Shown piece after piece: positions 63,039 through 64,000 of a stretch of DNA of 64,000 bases. The translations under genes were made by a program, and so were the position numbers. The stretch is from Escherichia phage vB_EcoM_ECO78, in sequence record PP526941.1; one strand, given 5' to 3'. The notes below the pieces were generated by a model that saw nothing but the letters and a program-made list of their open reading frames with translations, searched no databases and was not told the DNA's origin. Every line of letters starts with the position of its first letter. The first letter of the stretch is position 1.

Positions 63039-63068
63039 ATAGTACCATGGAAGAACAGTCTTGTAAAC
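63039..63068 (-). promoter_or_regulatory. early promoter (extended repeat family)
   Basis: GTTTACA / TACTAT; flanks shared with 15201, 32501, 36110 copies. Confidence 0.5.
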
Positions 63069-63151
63069 AGTTTTGTGAAAAAAATTTTAATGAATTTACA
63101 GGACCTAGAATCATCTATTTTTCCTAAGTATAGATTTATATTACTTGTATG

Positions 63152-63172
63152 AAAAAGGGACCCGGAGGTCCC
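63152..63172 (-). terminator. rho-independent terminator after gene 43
   Basis: GGGACC-CGGA-GGTCCC hairpin with A-run upstream on plus (U-run on minus transcript). Confidence 0.55.
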
Positions 63173-63185
63173 TAGATTTATTCTA

Positions 63186-64000
63186 TCAGCCAAACAGGAA
63201 GTCTAACGAAGCTTTTTCTTCATAGTCCATACCAGCCGATTCACACATACCCGCAAGCGGTTTAACAAACGATTTTTGGAACAAGGTTGAGTAGTCAATC
63301 CAAGACAGTACGTCAGAACGAATTTCTTTTGGAAGTTCTGTACCTGATGGCCAAGCAATGCACTTATCACCAAATGGATTTCCTTCACGTAATGGAAGAA
63401 CCATTACTTTATTTCCATCCAAAATTGGAGCTACACCCAGACCGCTAACAGCTCGACGATAAGTTAGCACACCACGAATATGGAACGGGCATTTAAATCC
63501 TGGCCAACCTTTATCATCATATTTCGCTATATCGTTCGCAGTTTTTACTTCAGCAATAACTTTATAGTCAAGTTGACGATATTCTTTCTCGAAGTTCTTG
63601 TAGTATTCTTGGACAGACTCTTCACCTTCCTGAAGAATACGACGAATACTTTCTTCGAGAGCTTCTTGTACTGCTTTTGGTGTTGAACTCTGTTGAGTTT
63701 CCATGCCCATGATTTTTAGATGCGGTTCAGCAAATCGTTTATCTTCCATATCATAAACGTTCAGAGCATAACGCTTTTTCGCTTTCCAAAATCCACCAAC
63801 ACCCTTTGAACCAAGCGGAGGGCAAGAAATAGCTTCACGGTCCATATGCATCAGATGCTCGCGGTTATTCATATAATCACATAACTCACGATATGCAACA
63901 TCAATCATAGGTTCCATCTTTTTCTTACCAAACTGATTCATGAATTCAACTAAATCGTTCTGCTCTTTGAATCGGTCAAGACCTACTTTTTCAATAACTT
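63186..64000 (-). CDS. 43: DNA polymerase gp43, C-terminal portion (gene continues past window end)
   Basis: Family B polymerase C-terminus ending SLDFLFG (clamp-binding tail). Confidence 0.9.
   Translation of the reverse strand, partial: VIEKVGLDRFKEQNDLVEFMNQFGKKKMEPMIDVAYRELCDYMNNREHLMHMDREAISCPPLGSKGVGGFWKAKKRYALNVYDMEDKRFAEPHLKIMGMETQQSSTPKAVQEALEESIRRILQEGEESVQEYYKNFEKEYRQLDYKVIAEVKTANDIAKYDDKGWPGFKCPFHIRGVLTYRRAVSGLGVAPILDGNKVMVLPLREGNPFGDKCIAWPSGTELPKEIRSDVLSWIDYSTLFQKSFVKPLAGMCESAGMDYEEKASLDFLFG

Overview
This window is a T-even (T4-like, Tequatrovirus-type) phage genome segment, most similar in organisation to T2/T6-type relatives of T4. Gene calls rest on recall of T4 protein sequences, sizes and gene order; no database search was run. 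Layout: (1) 1-18.5 kb, minus-strand early/middle genes: rIII, 31, cd, pseT, alc, rnlA(63), denA, nrdB, nrdA, td, frd, 32, 59, 33, dsbA, rnh, with many small ORFs. (2) 18.5-29.7 kb, plus-strand late operon: long tail fibre genes 34-35-36-37-38 and holin t, with TATAAATA late promoters. (3) 29.7-64 kb, minus-strand early genes: asiA, arn, motA, 52, ac, stp, ndd, denB, rIIB, rIIA, 39, dexA, dda, modA, modB, soc, 56, 61, dmd, 41, 40, uvsX, a glycosyltransferase, 42, imm and the 3' part of 43. Intergenic regions carry about 18 copies of a sigma70-type early promoter (GTTTAC(A/T) -35, TACTAT/TATAGT/TATAAT -10) and GC-stem tetraloop terminators. Differences from T4 as I remember it: contiguous td, nrdB and gene 39 (no introns, no gene-60 bypass), no homing-endonuclease ORFs, a T2-type gp37 (C-terminal autoproteolytic chaperone domain) plus glycine-rich gp38 adhesin, a different glycosyltransferase at the beta-gt locus, no dam-sized ORF between 56 and 61, and an extra ORF between frd and td. 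I see no defence island, CRISPR array, tRNA or integrase. The most plausible unexplored content is the set of small unannotated ORFs and structured intergenic elements listed in the findings. The ORF track uses non-ATG starts in places, so several starts were re-set to the first ATG with a ribosome-binding site; starts of hypothetical ORFs taken from the track are unverified.
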